This document shows positions 1-13,190 of a DNA stretch of 64,000 bases, in pieces. Under the pieces are notes generated by a model. It was not told the origin of the DNA. It made no database searches and saw nothing but the letters and a program-made list of their open reading frames with translations. Made by a program: the position numbers and the translations under genes. This stretch comes from Macrostomum hystrix (Eukaryota > Animalia > Platyhelminthes): contig CATNEN010000025.1 of NCBI GenBank assembly GCA_950097015.1, positions 5,704,001-5,768,000 of the forward strand. The letters run 5' to 3'. Within the stretch, counting starts at the first letter, position 1; each line of letters begins with the position of its first letter.

Positions 1-3000
1 GAGACATGGAAGAGATGAGACACGGGAGAAATGAGACAGGGATGCGACAAGACAAAAAAGAGATAAGACATGGAAGAGATGTGACACGGGAGAGATGGAA
101 CATGGAAGAGATGAGACATGGAAGAGATGAAACACGGGAGAGATAAGACATGGAAGAGATGAGACGCGGGAAAGATAAGATATGGAAGAGATGTGACACG
201 GGAGAGATGGAACATGGAAGAGATGAGACATGGAAGAGATGAAACACGGGAGAGATAAGACATGGAAGAGATGAGACGCGGGAAAGTCCATCTCTCATGG
301 AAGAGATGAGACATGGAAAAGATAAGACACGGGAGAGATGAGACATGGAAGAGATAAGACACGGGAAAGATGAGACATGAAAGAGATGAAACACGGGAGA
401 AATGAGACAGGGGAGAGATGAGACACGGGAGAGATGAGACATGGAAGTGATGAGACACGGGAGAGATGAGACAGGGGAGAGATGAGACAGGGGAGAGATG
501 AGACACGGAAGAGATGAGACACGGGAGAGATAAGACATGGAAGAGATAAGACATGGAAGAGATGAGACACGGGAGAAATGAGACAGGGATGCGACAAGAC
601 AAAAAAGAGATAAGGCATGGAAGAGATGTGACTCGGGAGAGATATGACAGGGAAGAGATGAGACACGAGATAGATGGAACATGGAAGAGATGAGACATGG
701 AAGAGATGAGACACGGGAGAGATGAGACACGGGAGAGACGGAACATGGAAAAGATGAGACATGGAAGAGATGAGACAGGGGAGAGATGGAACATGGAAGA
801 GATGAGACATGGACGAGATGAGACACGGGAGAGATGAGACATGGAAGAGATGAGACGCGGAAAAGATGAGACATGGAAGAGATGTGACTCGGGAGAGATA
901 TGACAGGGAAGAGATGAGACACGAGATAGATGGAACATGGAAGATATGAGACATGGAAGAGATGAGACACGGGAGAGATGAGACACGGGAGAGATAAGAC
1001 ATGGAAGAGATGAGACACGGGAGAGATGAGACACGGGAATTATCTCTTATTACAATTTTATGTCTTGTGCTTCGTGTCGGATTTGATTGAAAATCTTTTC
1101 CTGATTCTTAAGCTCTTCTTTAGCTTCGCCTCCGATGAGGTTTCAACCAAGATGAACTTTCGCCTGACCTGAACTTTCGCCTCCCAGGGATCTTCAACCA
1201 CTTGTACCTCGGGGAGAGACAGGAGATAGATACGACTGGGAGAGCAGAGTGGTTACACTAAATAGACAGATATGACAGGGAAGCGATGAGACACGGGAGA
1301 GATAAGAAATGGGAGAGATGAGACACGGGAAAGATAAGATATGGGAGAGATGAGACACGGGAGAGATGAGACAGGGGAGAGATGAGACATGGAAGAGATA
1401 AGACACGAGAAAGATGAGACATGGAAGAGATGTGACACGGGAGAGATGGAACATGGAAGAGATGAGACATGGAAGAGATGAAACACGGGAGAGATAAGAC
1501 ATGGAAGAGATGAGACGCGGGAAAGTCCATCTCTCATGGAAGAGATGAGACATGGAAAAGATAAGACACGGGAGAGATGAGACATGGAAGAGATAAGACA
1601 CGGGAAAGATGAGACATGGAAGAGATGAAACACGGGAGAAATGAGACAGGGGAGAGATGAGACACGGGAGAGATGAGACATGGAAGTGATGAGACACGGG
1701 AGAGATGAGACAGGGGAGAGATGAGACAGGGTAGAGATGAGACACGGAAGAGATGAGACACGGGAGAGATAAGACATGAAAGAGATAAGACATGGAAGAG
1801 ATGAGACACGGGAGAAATGAGACAGGGATGCGACAAGACAAAAAAGAGATAAGACATGGAAGAGATGTGACTCGGGAGAGATATGACAGGGAAGAGATGA
1901 GACACGAGATAGATGGAACATGGAAGAGATGAGACATGGAAGAGATGAGACACGGGAGAGATGAGACACGGGAGAGATAAGACATGGAAGAGATGAGACA
2001 CGGGAGAGATGAGACACGGGAGAGACGGAACATGGAAAAGATGAGACATGGAAGAGATGAGACAGGGGAGAGATGGAACATGGAAGAGATGAGACATGGA
2101 AGAGATGAGACACGGGAGAGATGAGACATGGAAGAGATGAGACGCGGGAAAGATGAGACATGGAAGAGATGTGACACGGGAGAGATATGACAGGGAAGAG
2201 ATGAGACACGAGATAGATGGAACATGGAAGAGATGAGACAGGGAAGAGATGAGACACGGGAGAGATGAGACATGGAAGAGATGAAACACGGGAGAGATAA
2301 GACATGGAAGAGATGAGACACGGGAAAGATGAGACACGGGAGAGATAAGACATAGAAGAGATGAGACATGGAAGAGATGAGACACGGGAAAGATGAGATA
2401 CGGGAGAGATAAGACATGGAAGAGATGAGACAGGGGAGAGATGAGACAGGAGAGAGATGAGACAGGGGAGAGATGAGACACGGGAGAGATGAGACAGGGA
2501 AGCAAAAAGACAAAAAGAGATAAGACAGGGATGCGAAAAGACAAAAAAGAGATGAGACAGGGAAAAGACGGGGAAGAGATGAGACAGGGAAGAGATGAGA
2601 CACGGGAGAGATGAGACACGGGAGAGATGAGACATGGAAGAGATGAGACATGGAAGAGATGAGACACGGGAGAGATGAGACACGAGATAGATAAAACATG
2701 GAAGAGATGAGACATGGAAAAGATAAGACACGGGAGAGATGAGACATGGAAGAGATGAGACACGGGAGAGATAAGACATGGTAGAGATGAGACACGGGAA
2801 AGATGAGACATGGAAGAGATGAGACACGGGAGAGATGAGACATGGAATTGATGAGACACGGGAGAGATGAGACACGGGAGAGATGAGACAGGGGAGAGAT
2901 GAGACAGGGGAGAGATGAGACACGGAAGAGATGAGACACGGGAGAGATGAGACACGGGAGAGATAAGACATGGAAGAGATAAGACATGGAAGAGATGAGA

Positions 3001-6000
3001 CACGGGAGAAATGAGACAGGGATGCGACAAGACAAAAAAGAGATAAGACATGGAAGAGATGTGACTCGGGAGAGATATGACAGGGAAGAGATGAGACACG
3101 AGATAGATGGAACATGGAAGAGATGAGACATGGAAGAGATGAGACACGGGAGAGATGAGACACGGGAGAGATAAGACATGGAAGAGATGAGACACGGGAG
3201 AGACGGAACATGGAAGAGATGAGACGGGAGAGATGGAACATGGAAGAGATGAGACATGGAAGAGATGAGACACGGGAGAGATGAGACATGGAAGAGATGA
3301 GACGCGGGAAAGATGAGACAGGGGAGAGATGGAACATGGAAGAGATGAGACATGGAAGAGATGAGACGGGAGAGATGGAACATGGAAGAGATGAGACATG
3401 GAAGAGATGAGACACGGGAGAGATGAGACATGGAAGAGATGAGACGCGGAAAAGATGAGACATGGAAGAGATGTGACTCGGGAGAGATATGACAGGGAAG
3501 AGATGAGACACGAGATAGATGGAACATGGAAGATATGAGACATGGAAGAGATGAGACACGGGAGAGATGAGACACGGGAGAGATAAGACATGGAAGAGAT
3601 GAGACACGGGAGAGATGAGACACGGGAATTATCTCTTATTACAATTTTATGTCTTGTGCTTCGTGTCGGATTTGATTGAAAATCTTTTCCTGATTCTTAA
3701 GCTCTTCTTTAGCTTCGCCTCCGATGAGGTTTCAACCAAGATGAACTTTCGCCTGACCTGAACTTTCGCCTCCCAGGGATCTTCAACCACTTGTACCTCG
3801 GGGAGAGACAGGAGATAGATACGACTGGGAGAGCAGAGTGGTTACACTAAATAGACAGATATGACAGGGAAGCGATGAGACACGGGAGAGATAAGAAATG
3901 GGAGAGATGAGACACGGGAAAGATAAGATATGGGAGAGATGAGACACGGGAGAGATGAGACAGGGGAGAGATGAGACATGGAAGAGATAAGACACGAGAA
4001 AGATGAGACATGGAAGAGATGAGACACGGAAGAGATGAGACATGGAAGAGATGAGACACGGGAGAAATGAGACAGGGATGCGACAAGACAAAAAAGAGAT
4101 AAGACATGGAAGAGATGTGACACGGGAGAGATGGAACATGGAAGAGATGAGACATGGAAGAGATGAAACACGGGAGAGATAAGACATGGAAGAGATGAGA
4201 CGCGGGAAAGTCCATCTCTCATGGAAGAGATGAGACATGGAAAAGATAAGACACGGGAGAGATGAGACATGGAAGAGATAAGACACGGGAAAGATGAGAC
4301 ATGGAAGAGATGAAACACGGGAGAAATGAGACAGGGGAGAGATGAGACACGGGAGAGATGAGACATGGAAGTGATGAGACACGGGAGAGATGAGACAGGG
4401 GAGAGATGAGACAGGGTAGAGATGAGACACGGAAGAGATGAGACACGGGAGAGATAAGACATGGAAGAGATAAGACATGGAAGAGATGAGACACGGGAGA
4501 AATGAGACAGGGATGCGACAAGACAAAAAAGAGATAAGACATGGAAGAGATGTGACTCGGGAGAGATATGACAGGGAAGAGATGAGACACGAGATAGATG
4601 GAACATGGAAGAGATGAGACATGGAAGAGATGAGACACGGGAGAGATGAGACACGGGAGAGATAAGACATGGAAGAGATGAGACACGGGAGAGATGAGAC
4701 ACGGGAGAGACGGAACATGGAAAAGATGAGACATGGAAGAGATGAGACAGGGGAGAGATGGAACATGGAAGAGATGAGACATGGAAGAGATGAGACACGG
4801 GAGAGATGAGACATGGAAGAGATGAGACGCGGGAAAGATGAGACATGGAAGAGATGTGACACGGGAGAGATATGACAGGGAAGAGATGAGACACGAGATA
4901 GATGGAACATGGAAGAGATGAGACAGGGAAGAGATGAGACACGGGAGAGATGAGACATGGAAGAGATGAAACACGGGAGAGATAAGACATGGAAGAGATG
5001 AGACACGGGAAAGATAAGACACGGGAGAGATAAGACATAGAAGAGATGAGACATGGAAGAGATGAGACACGGGAAAGATGAGATACGGCAGAGATATGAC
5101 ATGGAAGAGATGAGACAGGGGAGAGATGAGACAGGAGAGAGATGAGACAGGGGAGAGATGAGACACGGGAGAGATGAGACAGGGAAGCAAAAAGACAAAA
5201 AGAGATAAGACAGGGATGCGAAAAGACAAAAAAGAGATGAGACAGGGAAAAGACGGGGAAGAGATGAGACAGGGAAGAGATGAGACACGGGAGAGATGAG
5301 ACACGGGAGAGATGAGACATGGAAGAGATGAGACATGGAAGAGATGAGACACGGGAGAGATGAGACACGAGATAGATAAAACATGGAAGAGATGAGACAT
5401 GGAAAAGATAAGACACGGGAGAGATGAGACATGGAAGAGATGAGACACGGGAGAGATAAGACATGGTAGAGATGAGACACGGGAAAGATGAGACATGGAA
5501 GAGATGAGACACGGGAGAGATGAGACATGGAATTGATGAGACACGGGAGAGATGAGACACGGGAGAGATGAGACAGGGGAGAGATGAGACAGGGGAGAGA
5601 TGAGACACGGAAGAGATGAGACACGGGAGAGATGAGACACGGGAGAGATAAGACATGGAAGAGATAAGACATGGAAGAGATGAGACACGGGAGAAATGAG
5701 ACAGGGATGCGACAAGACAAAAAAGAGATAAGACATGGAAGAGATGTGACTCGGGAGAGATATGACAGGGAAGAGATGAGACACGAGATAGATGGAACAT
5801 GGAAGAGATGAGACATGGAAGAGATGAGACACGGGAGAGATGAGACACGAGATAGATAAAACATGGAAGAGATGAGACATGGAAAAGATAAGACACGGGA
5901 GAGATGAGACATGGAAGAGATGAGACACGGGAGAGATAAGACATGGTAGAGATGAGACACGGGAAAGATGAGACATGGAAGAGATGAGACACGGGAGAGA

Positions 6001-7080
6001 TGAGACATGGAATTGATGAGACACGGGAGAGATGAGACACGGGAGAGATGAGACAGGGGAGAGATGAGACAGGGGAGAGATGAGACACGGAAGAGATGAG
6101 ACACGGGAGAGATGAGACACGGGAGAGATAAGACATGGAAGAGATAAGACATGGAAGAGATGAGACACGGGAGAAATGAGACAGGGATGCGACAAGACAA
6201 AAAAGAGATAAGACATGGAAGAGATGTGACTCGGGAGAGATATGACAGGGAAGAGATGAGACACGAGATAGATGGAACATGGAAGAGATGAGACATGGAA
6301 GAGATGAGACACGGGAGAGATGAGACACGGGAGAGATAAGACATGGAAGAGATGAGACACGGGAGAGACGGAACATGGAAGAGATGAGACGGGAGAGATG
6401 GAACATGGAAGAGATGAGACATGGAAGAGATGAGACACGGGAGAGATGAGACATGGAAGAGATGAGACGCGGGAAAGATGAGACAGGGGAGAGATGGAAC
6501 ATGGAAGAGATGAGACATGGAAGAGATGAGACGGGAGAGATGGAACATGGAAGAGATGAGACATGGAAGAGATGAGACACGGGAGAGATGAGACATGGAA
6601 GAGATGAGACGCGGGAAAGATGAGACATGGAAGAGATGAGACACGGGAGAGATGAGACATGGAAGAGATGAGACACGGGAGAGATGAGACATGGAAGTGA
6701 TGAGACACGGGAGAGATGAGACAGGGGAGAGATGAGACACGAGATAGATAAAACATGGAAGAGATGAGACATGGAAAAGATAAGACACGGGAGAGATGAG
6801 ACATGGAAGAGATGAGACACGGGAGAAATGAGACAGGGGAGAGATGAGACACGGGAGAGATGAGACATGGAAGTGATGAGACACGGGAGAGATGAGACAG
6901 GGGAGAGATGAGACACGGAATAGATGAGACACGGGAGAGATGAGACAGGGAAGAGAAAAGACAAAAAAGAGATCAGAAAGGGAAGAGATGAGACGGAAGA
7001 GAGATGAGACACGGGAGAGATGAGACAGGGAAAAGAGAATAGACAGGGAAGAGAAAACACATGGAAGAGATGAGACACTA
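1..7080. repeat. 16-bp satellite (GAGATGAGACA[T/C]GG[A/G]A) with higher-order duplications; an approximately 2589-bp block recurs
   Basis: Visible 16-nt monomers throughout. An identical unique spacer occurs at about 1038-1260 and 3627-3850. Confidence 0.97.
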
Positions 7081-7190
7081 ATTTTTTATGATAGATTAGA
7101 TGGGCGAATGATTCTGTAGTAGTTAGTACTTTAGTAGTTAGATTTTTCAACTTTAATTACTTTTGTAGCTGTCAGTTATTTTGTTCGAAT

Positions 7191-7196
7191 TTTATT
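7191..7196 (-). promoter_or_regulatory. Candidate AATAAA polyadenylation signal of the TIS11-like gene
   Basis: TTTATT on the + strand, about 830 nt past the stop and just before the satellite. Confidence 0.4.
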
Positions 7197-8018
7197 TTTA
7201 AACTTTTATACGTAGATGAGTAAATAATTTAAGAAATAATTTCCTAATCCAGTATTTCTGTATTTGTTTTCTAAGACACTAGGTTTAAGTGAAAAATCTG
7301 AAACAGAACTACTATTAGCATGACTAGCATGACTAGCATGACTTATTGGCTTAGCAAATTGTGCCTTTCGCTTGAATAATATGAGGTCCTTAGCTTGAGT
7401 ACGGTGTACATATATATTTGGTGTGGCAGTTATAAAAGTATAAATAGATTAACAAGAAATAATTGTTGTAGAAAAATGCTTACAAAGCAGCTATAAAAAA
7501 TACGTGAGCATTGTGCAAATTTACACTGTAAAGTCAATTGTACAAAAATAGAACGAAAAATTCAGAATAATAGAAAGTTACTAGGGCATGAGCTAGTTGA
7601 AAATTATTTAGTTCAATTTAATACAGGATTCATAATGTTAACTTTACAATTAATAGTTTTTGAAATGCAAAACACTGAATGCTGCTTTATATCATTTGTT
7701 CACACACTACTCACAACAGTAATGTGTATATGATTCGCGCCGATTAATTAGAGAATTAGAATGATTAAAAAATTACTTGATGTATAAATGAAACCAAGCT
7801 CGATGAAGTTTAACATCTTTAACATGTAGGAGACTTAGATTAAGCTTATTTAAATAATAAATTTCGAATTAGAATGAAGTGCAGAATTTAAAAAAACTGT
7901 TCAAGCAATTAATAATATGCATTTGTCAAGGCAGTATGGGTACTCAGGTGAACCTGTAAAACATGCACAGCAATTAAGTAGAGTCATGATTATTATATTG
8001 TTACAATAATATTTTCGC

Positions 8019-10427
8019 TCAGCCGCTCATGCTGACGCTGTGAATGAAATGGCATCGGCTGCCGTAGGCGCAGAACCCAACAGAGTTGTACTGGATGCAT
8101 TTGATAGTCTTGTACTTGTTAGGCCGTTCCCGGCTGCGCAACTGATGGGACCCGTGTGCGAATGTGCAGCGATCGCCAAACGGACAGGTTGACAGGATCT
8201 GCAAACGGTTTGAAGATGAGGATCTAGCATGCTAAAAATCAAATCATTAAACCTGTTCCTATTTTAACCAGATGTGCACAGCCACAGCTATTGAAGGTTG
8301 TGTACGGCTGTTCAGTCCATGGACTGGGGAGACCCACAACCACCCTCAGTTACCTGCAGAGCTGATGCTACCTAGATAGGTGAACTGAAGGGGGTCGGTA
8401 GCAGAGCGGTTAACGCGTCTGCCTCTCGCACCACGGTTTCCGTGGCGAAGCCTAATTTATGTAGGTAGGGCTCAGCCGCGTAGAGAAGGCTTGGGGGCTT
8501 GTCGTGCAATTTACGCTCTTTAGGGACAACCTCCAAGGCACAGTGAGAGTGTAACTGCCTGACGATGAGAAAGTCAGGGCAGATGTACACACCTGTGTGA
8601 GCGTGTGCCTGCGTACGTGTGTGCTCTGTGTGTGTATCTGTGTGCGTGTGTGCTCAGGAGTCCGCGAAATGGGCAGAATTGCCTCCTCGCTGGCTGCGGA
8701 TCTATAGTGTCACCATATGATGTGCAATTGCCCGCAGATCTCGTGCAAATGTTTTATTATTATTATTGTTAGGTGCAATCTTGCGATAGGGGCCTCGCGG
8801 CCTATTCGCGGCGTCTCGCCCCCCCGCCAGTAGTTAGGTGCAATCGAGAGTTAATTATTTTGCTAAAGAACACACATATTCCCATTTTTTGTTTAAAAAC
8901 GCTAAAATATGATTAATAAATAAAATGCTGAAGTCGGAGCCTACCTCGAAGTGCCTGCAAAGCTCAGTCTTGTGCTTGCCCGGCTCCAGATTCGGAGAGA
9001 TGGCCACTCGACACTTCTGTCCCCCCATCGGCTGCTGGCACAGTGTCGGCGAGGGCAACAGCAGCAGCAGCGGCTGCGGCGACAGCGTCAGGGGCGGCGA
9101 TGATTGCGACTTTAAAGGCGAAAGCAAATTATTGACATGTAGCGTTGGAGTATGTAGAGTTCTCGCTGTTTGCTTTGTGTTAAAATGGCTAATGTCAACT
9201 ATGGCTAATTCCTGCCCGCAAACAAACCTCATCTGTCTCATCTCTCCCCTATCTCCTCTCTCCCCTGTCTCATTTCTCTCCTGTCTCATCTCTCCCCTGT
9301 CTCATTTCTCTCCTGTCTCATCTCTCCCCTGTCTCATCTCTCCCCTGTCTCATCTCTCCCGTGTCTCAACTCTCCCCTGTCTCATCTCTCCCGTGTCTCA
9401 TCTCTCCCCTGTCTCATCTCTCCCCTGTCTCATCTCTCCCTTGTCTCATCTCTCCCGTGTCTCATCTCTCCCCTGTCTCATCTCTCCCCTGTCTCATCTC
9501 TCCCTTGTCTCATCTCTCCCGTGTCTCATCTCTCCCCTGTCTCATCTCTCCCCTGTCTCATCTCTCCCGTGTCTCATCTCTCCCCTGTCTCATTTCTCCC
9601 GTGTCTCATCTCTCCCCTGTCTCACCTCTCCCTTGTCTCATCTCTCCCCTGTCTCATCTCTCCCGTGTCTCATCTCTCCCCTGTCTCATCTCTCCCCTGT
9701 CTCATCTCTCCCTTGTCTCATCTCTCCCTTGTCTCATCTCTCCCGTGTCTCATCTCTCCCCTGTCTCATCTCTCCCCTGTCTCATCTCTCCCGTGTCTCA
9801 TCTCTCCCCTGTCTCATCTCTCCCCTGTCTCATCTCTCCCTTGTCTCATCTCTCCCCTGTCTCATCTCTCCCGTGTCTCATCTCTCCCCTGTCTCATCTC
9901 TCCCCTGTCTCATCTCTCCCCTGTCTCATCTCTCCCTTGTCTCATCTCTCCCTTGTCTCATCTCTCCCGTGTCTCATCTCTCCCCTGTCTCATCTCTCCC
10001 CTGTCTCATCTCTCCCTTGTCTCATCTCTCCCCTGTCTCATCTCTCCCCTGTCTCATCTCTCCCTTGTCTCATCTCTCCCCTGTCTCATCTCTCCCGTGT
10101 CTCATCTCTCCCCTGTCTCATCTCTCCCTTGTCTCATCTCTCCCCTGTCTTATCTCTCCCCTGTCTCATCTCTCCCCTGTCTCATCTCTCCCGTCTCATC
10201 TCACTCCTGTCATCTCATCTCACTCCCCTGTCTCTCCCCCCTGTTTATCCTGCCCGCTCCCGTCTTTCCGATGTCATCCCTGGCTTGCAAGAAAAAATGT
10301 TCTGATCCAGCTGAGTAGAACAATATGAATAACAATAAGGTACGAGTAGTATGGCTCAATTGTCGCGTAATCTTACCTGTCCGTAAACGCTGGACACATC
10401 GGACATGATGGAACTTGCGCTGGACAT
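8019..10427 (-). CDS. TIS11/ZFP36-like tandem CCCH zinc-finger RNA-binding protein, about 165 aa; exons 10427-10377, 9211-8945, 8198-8019
   Basis: Splicing in phase 0 gives KHKTELCRHFE|ILSTCPFGDRCTFAHG (C-x8-C-x5-C-x3-H) and a second finger KYKTIKC...C...C...H. All junctions are GT-AG. The start exon is less certain; an upstream in-frame ATG exists at 10661. Confidence 0.85.
8270..8390 (-). mobile_element. SINE family A, 3' portion
   Basis: Shares CAGTCCATGGACTGGGG and TGAACTGAAG with the copy at 60170-60455. Confidence 0.7.
8391..8770 (+). mobile_element. tRNA-derived SINE family B with an (ATT)n-like tail
   Basis: Reverse complement of the element at 29920-30285 (GTTAACGCGTCTGCCTC, AAGGCTTGGGGGCTTGTCGTGCAATT, GATGAGAAAGTCAG). 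Confidence 0.75.
9225..10230. repeat. 16-bp satellite (TCTCATCTCTCCCCTG), same family as 1-7080 but inverted; in TIS11-like intron 1
   Basis: Direct tandem monomers. Confidence 0.95.
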
Positions 10428-10899
10428 TGCGTGCTGGATTCGTTTCAGTTTCTTGAGATTAAAAAATCTAATCGCTATCGGTCGATTGAGTGCAAAGCAA
10501 TTTTGTGTAAATTGCCGGCCAAAAATCATTGTTGTATTTATATTGAAGTTGCTAGGGAATGTTGTGCGCGGAGGTGGGGTTGTTGTCGTTTTTGCGCAAT
10601 CGTATAAGCCAATAGGGAGCAGTTTGCAGTTGAATGGCCATAGAATTTGGTTGGCGGCCACTCTGAGGGGAGTTTTCCTCAGAAAATCATGGGATGAGAT
10701 GAATAGGAGTGAGTTACTCTAGTGGAATTGGAAAGGGATTTGAGGGGATTATAACGAAAAGGAATGGGATTTCTGCGTTGCTCGCAGATTCTACGGCATG
10801 TAAGATTGATATTTGCCTGTATGAAAAAGTTGGATTAGGATTTTATTTCACACAAGGCCAAATGCTTTATCATGGATGAAACTAATAAAATGGCTGTCC

Positions 10900-11670
10900 G
10901 AAAGATTTTGGGATTAACTGCCTGTTTAAAGGATCGTGGGATTAACAGGCTTATGAGATTGTGAGAGACAGTGGGATTAACAGGCTTATGAGATTATGAG
11001 AGACAGTGGGATTAACAGGCTTATGAGATTATGAGAGACAGTGGGATTAACAGGCTTATGAGATTATGAGAGACCATGAGATTAACAGGCTTATGAGATT
11101 ATGAGAGACAGTGGGATTAACAGGCTTATGAGATTATGAGAGACAGTGGGATTAACAGGCTTATGAGATTATGAGACAGTGGGATTAACAGGCTTATGAG
11201 ATTATGAGAGACAGTGAGATTAACAGGCTTATGAGATTATGAGAGACAGTGGGATTAACAGGCTTGTGAGATTATGAGAGACAGCGGGATTAACAGGCTT
11301 ATGAGATTATGAGACAGTGGGATTAACAGGCTTATGAGATTATGAGAGACAGTGAGATTAACAGGCTTATGAGATTATGAGAGACAGTGGGATTAACAGG
11401 CTTGTGAGATTATGAGAGACAGCGGGATTAACAGGCTTATGAGATTATGAGACAGTGGGATTAACAGGCTTGTGAGATTATGAGAGGCAGTGGGATTAAC
11501 CGGCCGGTCAATAGGCAGTGGGATTAAAGGCTTGTCAAGAGATGATGGGATTAACCGGCCGGTCAATAGGCAGTGGGATTAAAGGCTTGTCAAGAGATGA
11601 TGGGATTAACCGGCCGGTCAATAGGCAGTGGGATTAAAGGCTTGTCAAGAGATGATGGGATTAACAGGCT
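10900..11670. repeat. 35-bp satellite (GGGATTAACAGGCTTATGAGATTATGAGAGACAGT), switching to 55-bp units near 11490
   Basis: Monomer spacing counted directly: 10973 to 11008, and 11492 to 11547. Confidence 0.95.
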
Positions 11671-12179
11671 TACGAAGACACATTGAGATTATAAGTATTA
11701 TATTATGGTTACGACAAAGACGGCAAGGTTTTAAGTGCTTTCCTTACGCGGTTTCCTTAAATTCCCTAATATGTCAAAGTTTTCTTCCATTAATACCTCT
11801 GGCATAGGCATTTGGGAAGAGATAGTGATTTGGCAACCATCCGAAACTCGACATTTATAACCCGACCTACTCAGTTTAAATTGACTTCTTATCAAAATTA
11901 TGACATGGACTTGACAAATATTGAAAATTTGCATCTACAGTCACAATATCAAAAGAGTGGCATGCTTGCAGAGGTCCTTCCTTGACTTCTTATCGCTTCA
12001 TAGCTATACAAAATAGTGTATTACATATATGCTACATTATATACACAATATGTATAGCACATTATGCACTCAATATATTATTAGCAATATTCGTTAAATT
12101 TCCTTAACTTCCTTAGCAGAATTTGTATAAATTTGCCAAAGGTGCCAGCTAATTTATCTTTTCACCACTCTATTCCCCC

Positions 12180-13190
12180 TCTTCTCTCCCTTGCCTGCCT
12201 ACCCCATCTCCGCTGCTCCCATCTCCCTTCTTCCGATTCCCCCTACTCCCCTCCCCTATTTTCCTATCTCCATTTCTAATCTCCTATTTTCTCATCTCCT
12301 TTTCTATCCTCTCCCCTTCTCCCATCTCCCCTCCCCTTCCCTTTCCTATCTCCCCTTCCCTTTTCCCATCTCCCCTTCCCTTTTCCCATCTCCCCTTCCC
12401 TTTCCCATCTCCCCTTCCCTTTTCCCATCTCCCCTTCCCTTTTCCCATCTCCCCTTCCCTTTCCCATCTCCCCTTCCCTTTTCCCATCTCCCCTTCCCTT
12501 TCCCATCTCCCCTTCCCTTTTCCCATCTCCTCTTCCCTTCTCCATCTCCCCTTCCCTTTTCCCATCTCCCCTTCCCTTTCCCATCTCCCCTTCCCTTTCC
12601 CATCTCTCCTTCCCTTTCCCATCTCCCCTTCCCTTTTCCCATCTCCCCTTCCCTTTCCCATCTCCCCTTCCCTTTCCCATCTCCCCTTCCCTTTCCCATC
12701 TCCCCTTCCCTTTCCCGTCTCCCCTTCCCTTTCCCATCTCCCCTTCCCTTTCCCATCTCCCCTTCCCTTTCCCGTCTCCCCTTCCCTTTCCCATCTCCCA
12801 TTCCCTTTTCCCATCTCCCATTCCCTTTTCCCATCTCCCATTCCCTTTTCCCATCTCCCCTTCCCTTTCCCATCTCCCCTTCCCTTTCCCATCTCCCCTT
12901 CCCTTTCCCATCTCCCCTTCCCTTTCCCGTCTCCCCTTCCCTTTCCCATCTCCCCTTCCCTTTTTCATCTCCCCTTCCCTTCTGCATCTCCCCTTCCCTT
13001 CCCCATCTCCCATTCCCTTCTCCATCTCTCATCTCTCCTTCTGTGCTCTTCTCTATTCCTATCTCCTCTTCTCCCATCTTCCATTATTTATTTTCCCCTT
13101 CTCCTATCTCCAATAATATTTTTCCTATTTCCCTTTTCTTCCCCTCTATCAAATCTAAAGTCCTGCCCTTTTTCCTTATCTCTAGTTTTC
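12180..13190. repeat. Polypyrimidine/polypurine minisatellite, 19-20 bp (CCCATCTCCCCTTCCCTTT)
   Basis: Direct reading of the monomers. Confidence 0.95.

Noticed and set aside
295-7150. Very long ORFs (up to 1102 aa) on the - strand
   Set aside because: The 16-bp monomer lacks stops on that strand, so all three frames are open with the same cyclic peptide. This is a satellite artefact.
8556-8582. CTGACGA-TGA-GAAA-GTC as a hammerhead ribozyme in SINE B
   Set aside because: There is no room for stem II or stem III; it is simply a CCTGAC/GTCAGG hairpin.
8702-8718. CTATAGTGTCACC resembles the SP6 promoter (possible vector contamination)
   Set aside because: The equivalent sequence occurs in the second SINE B copy near 29975-29990, so it is part of the SINE 3' region.
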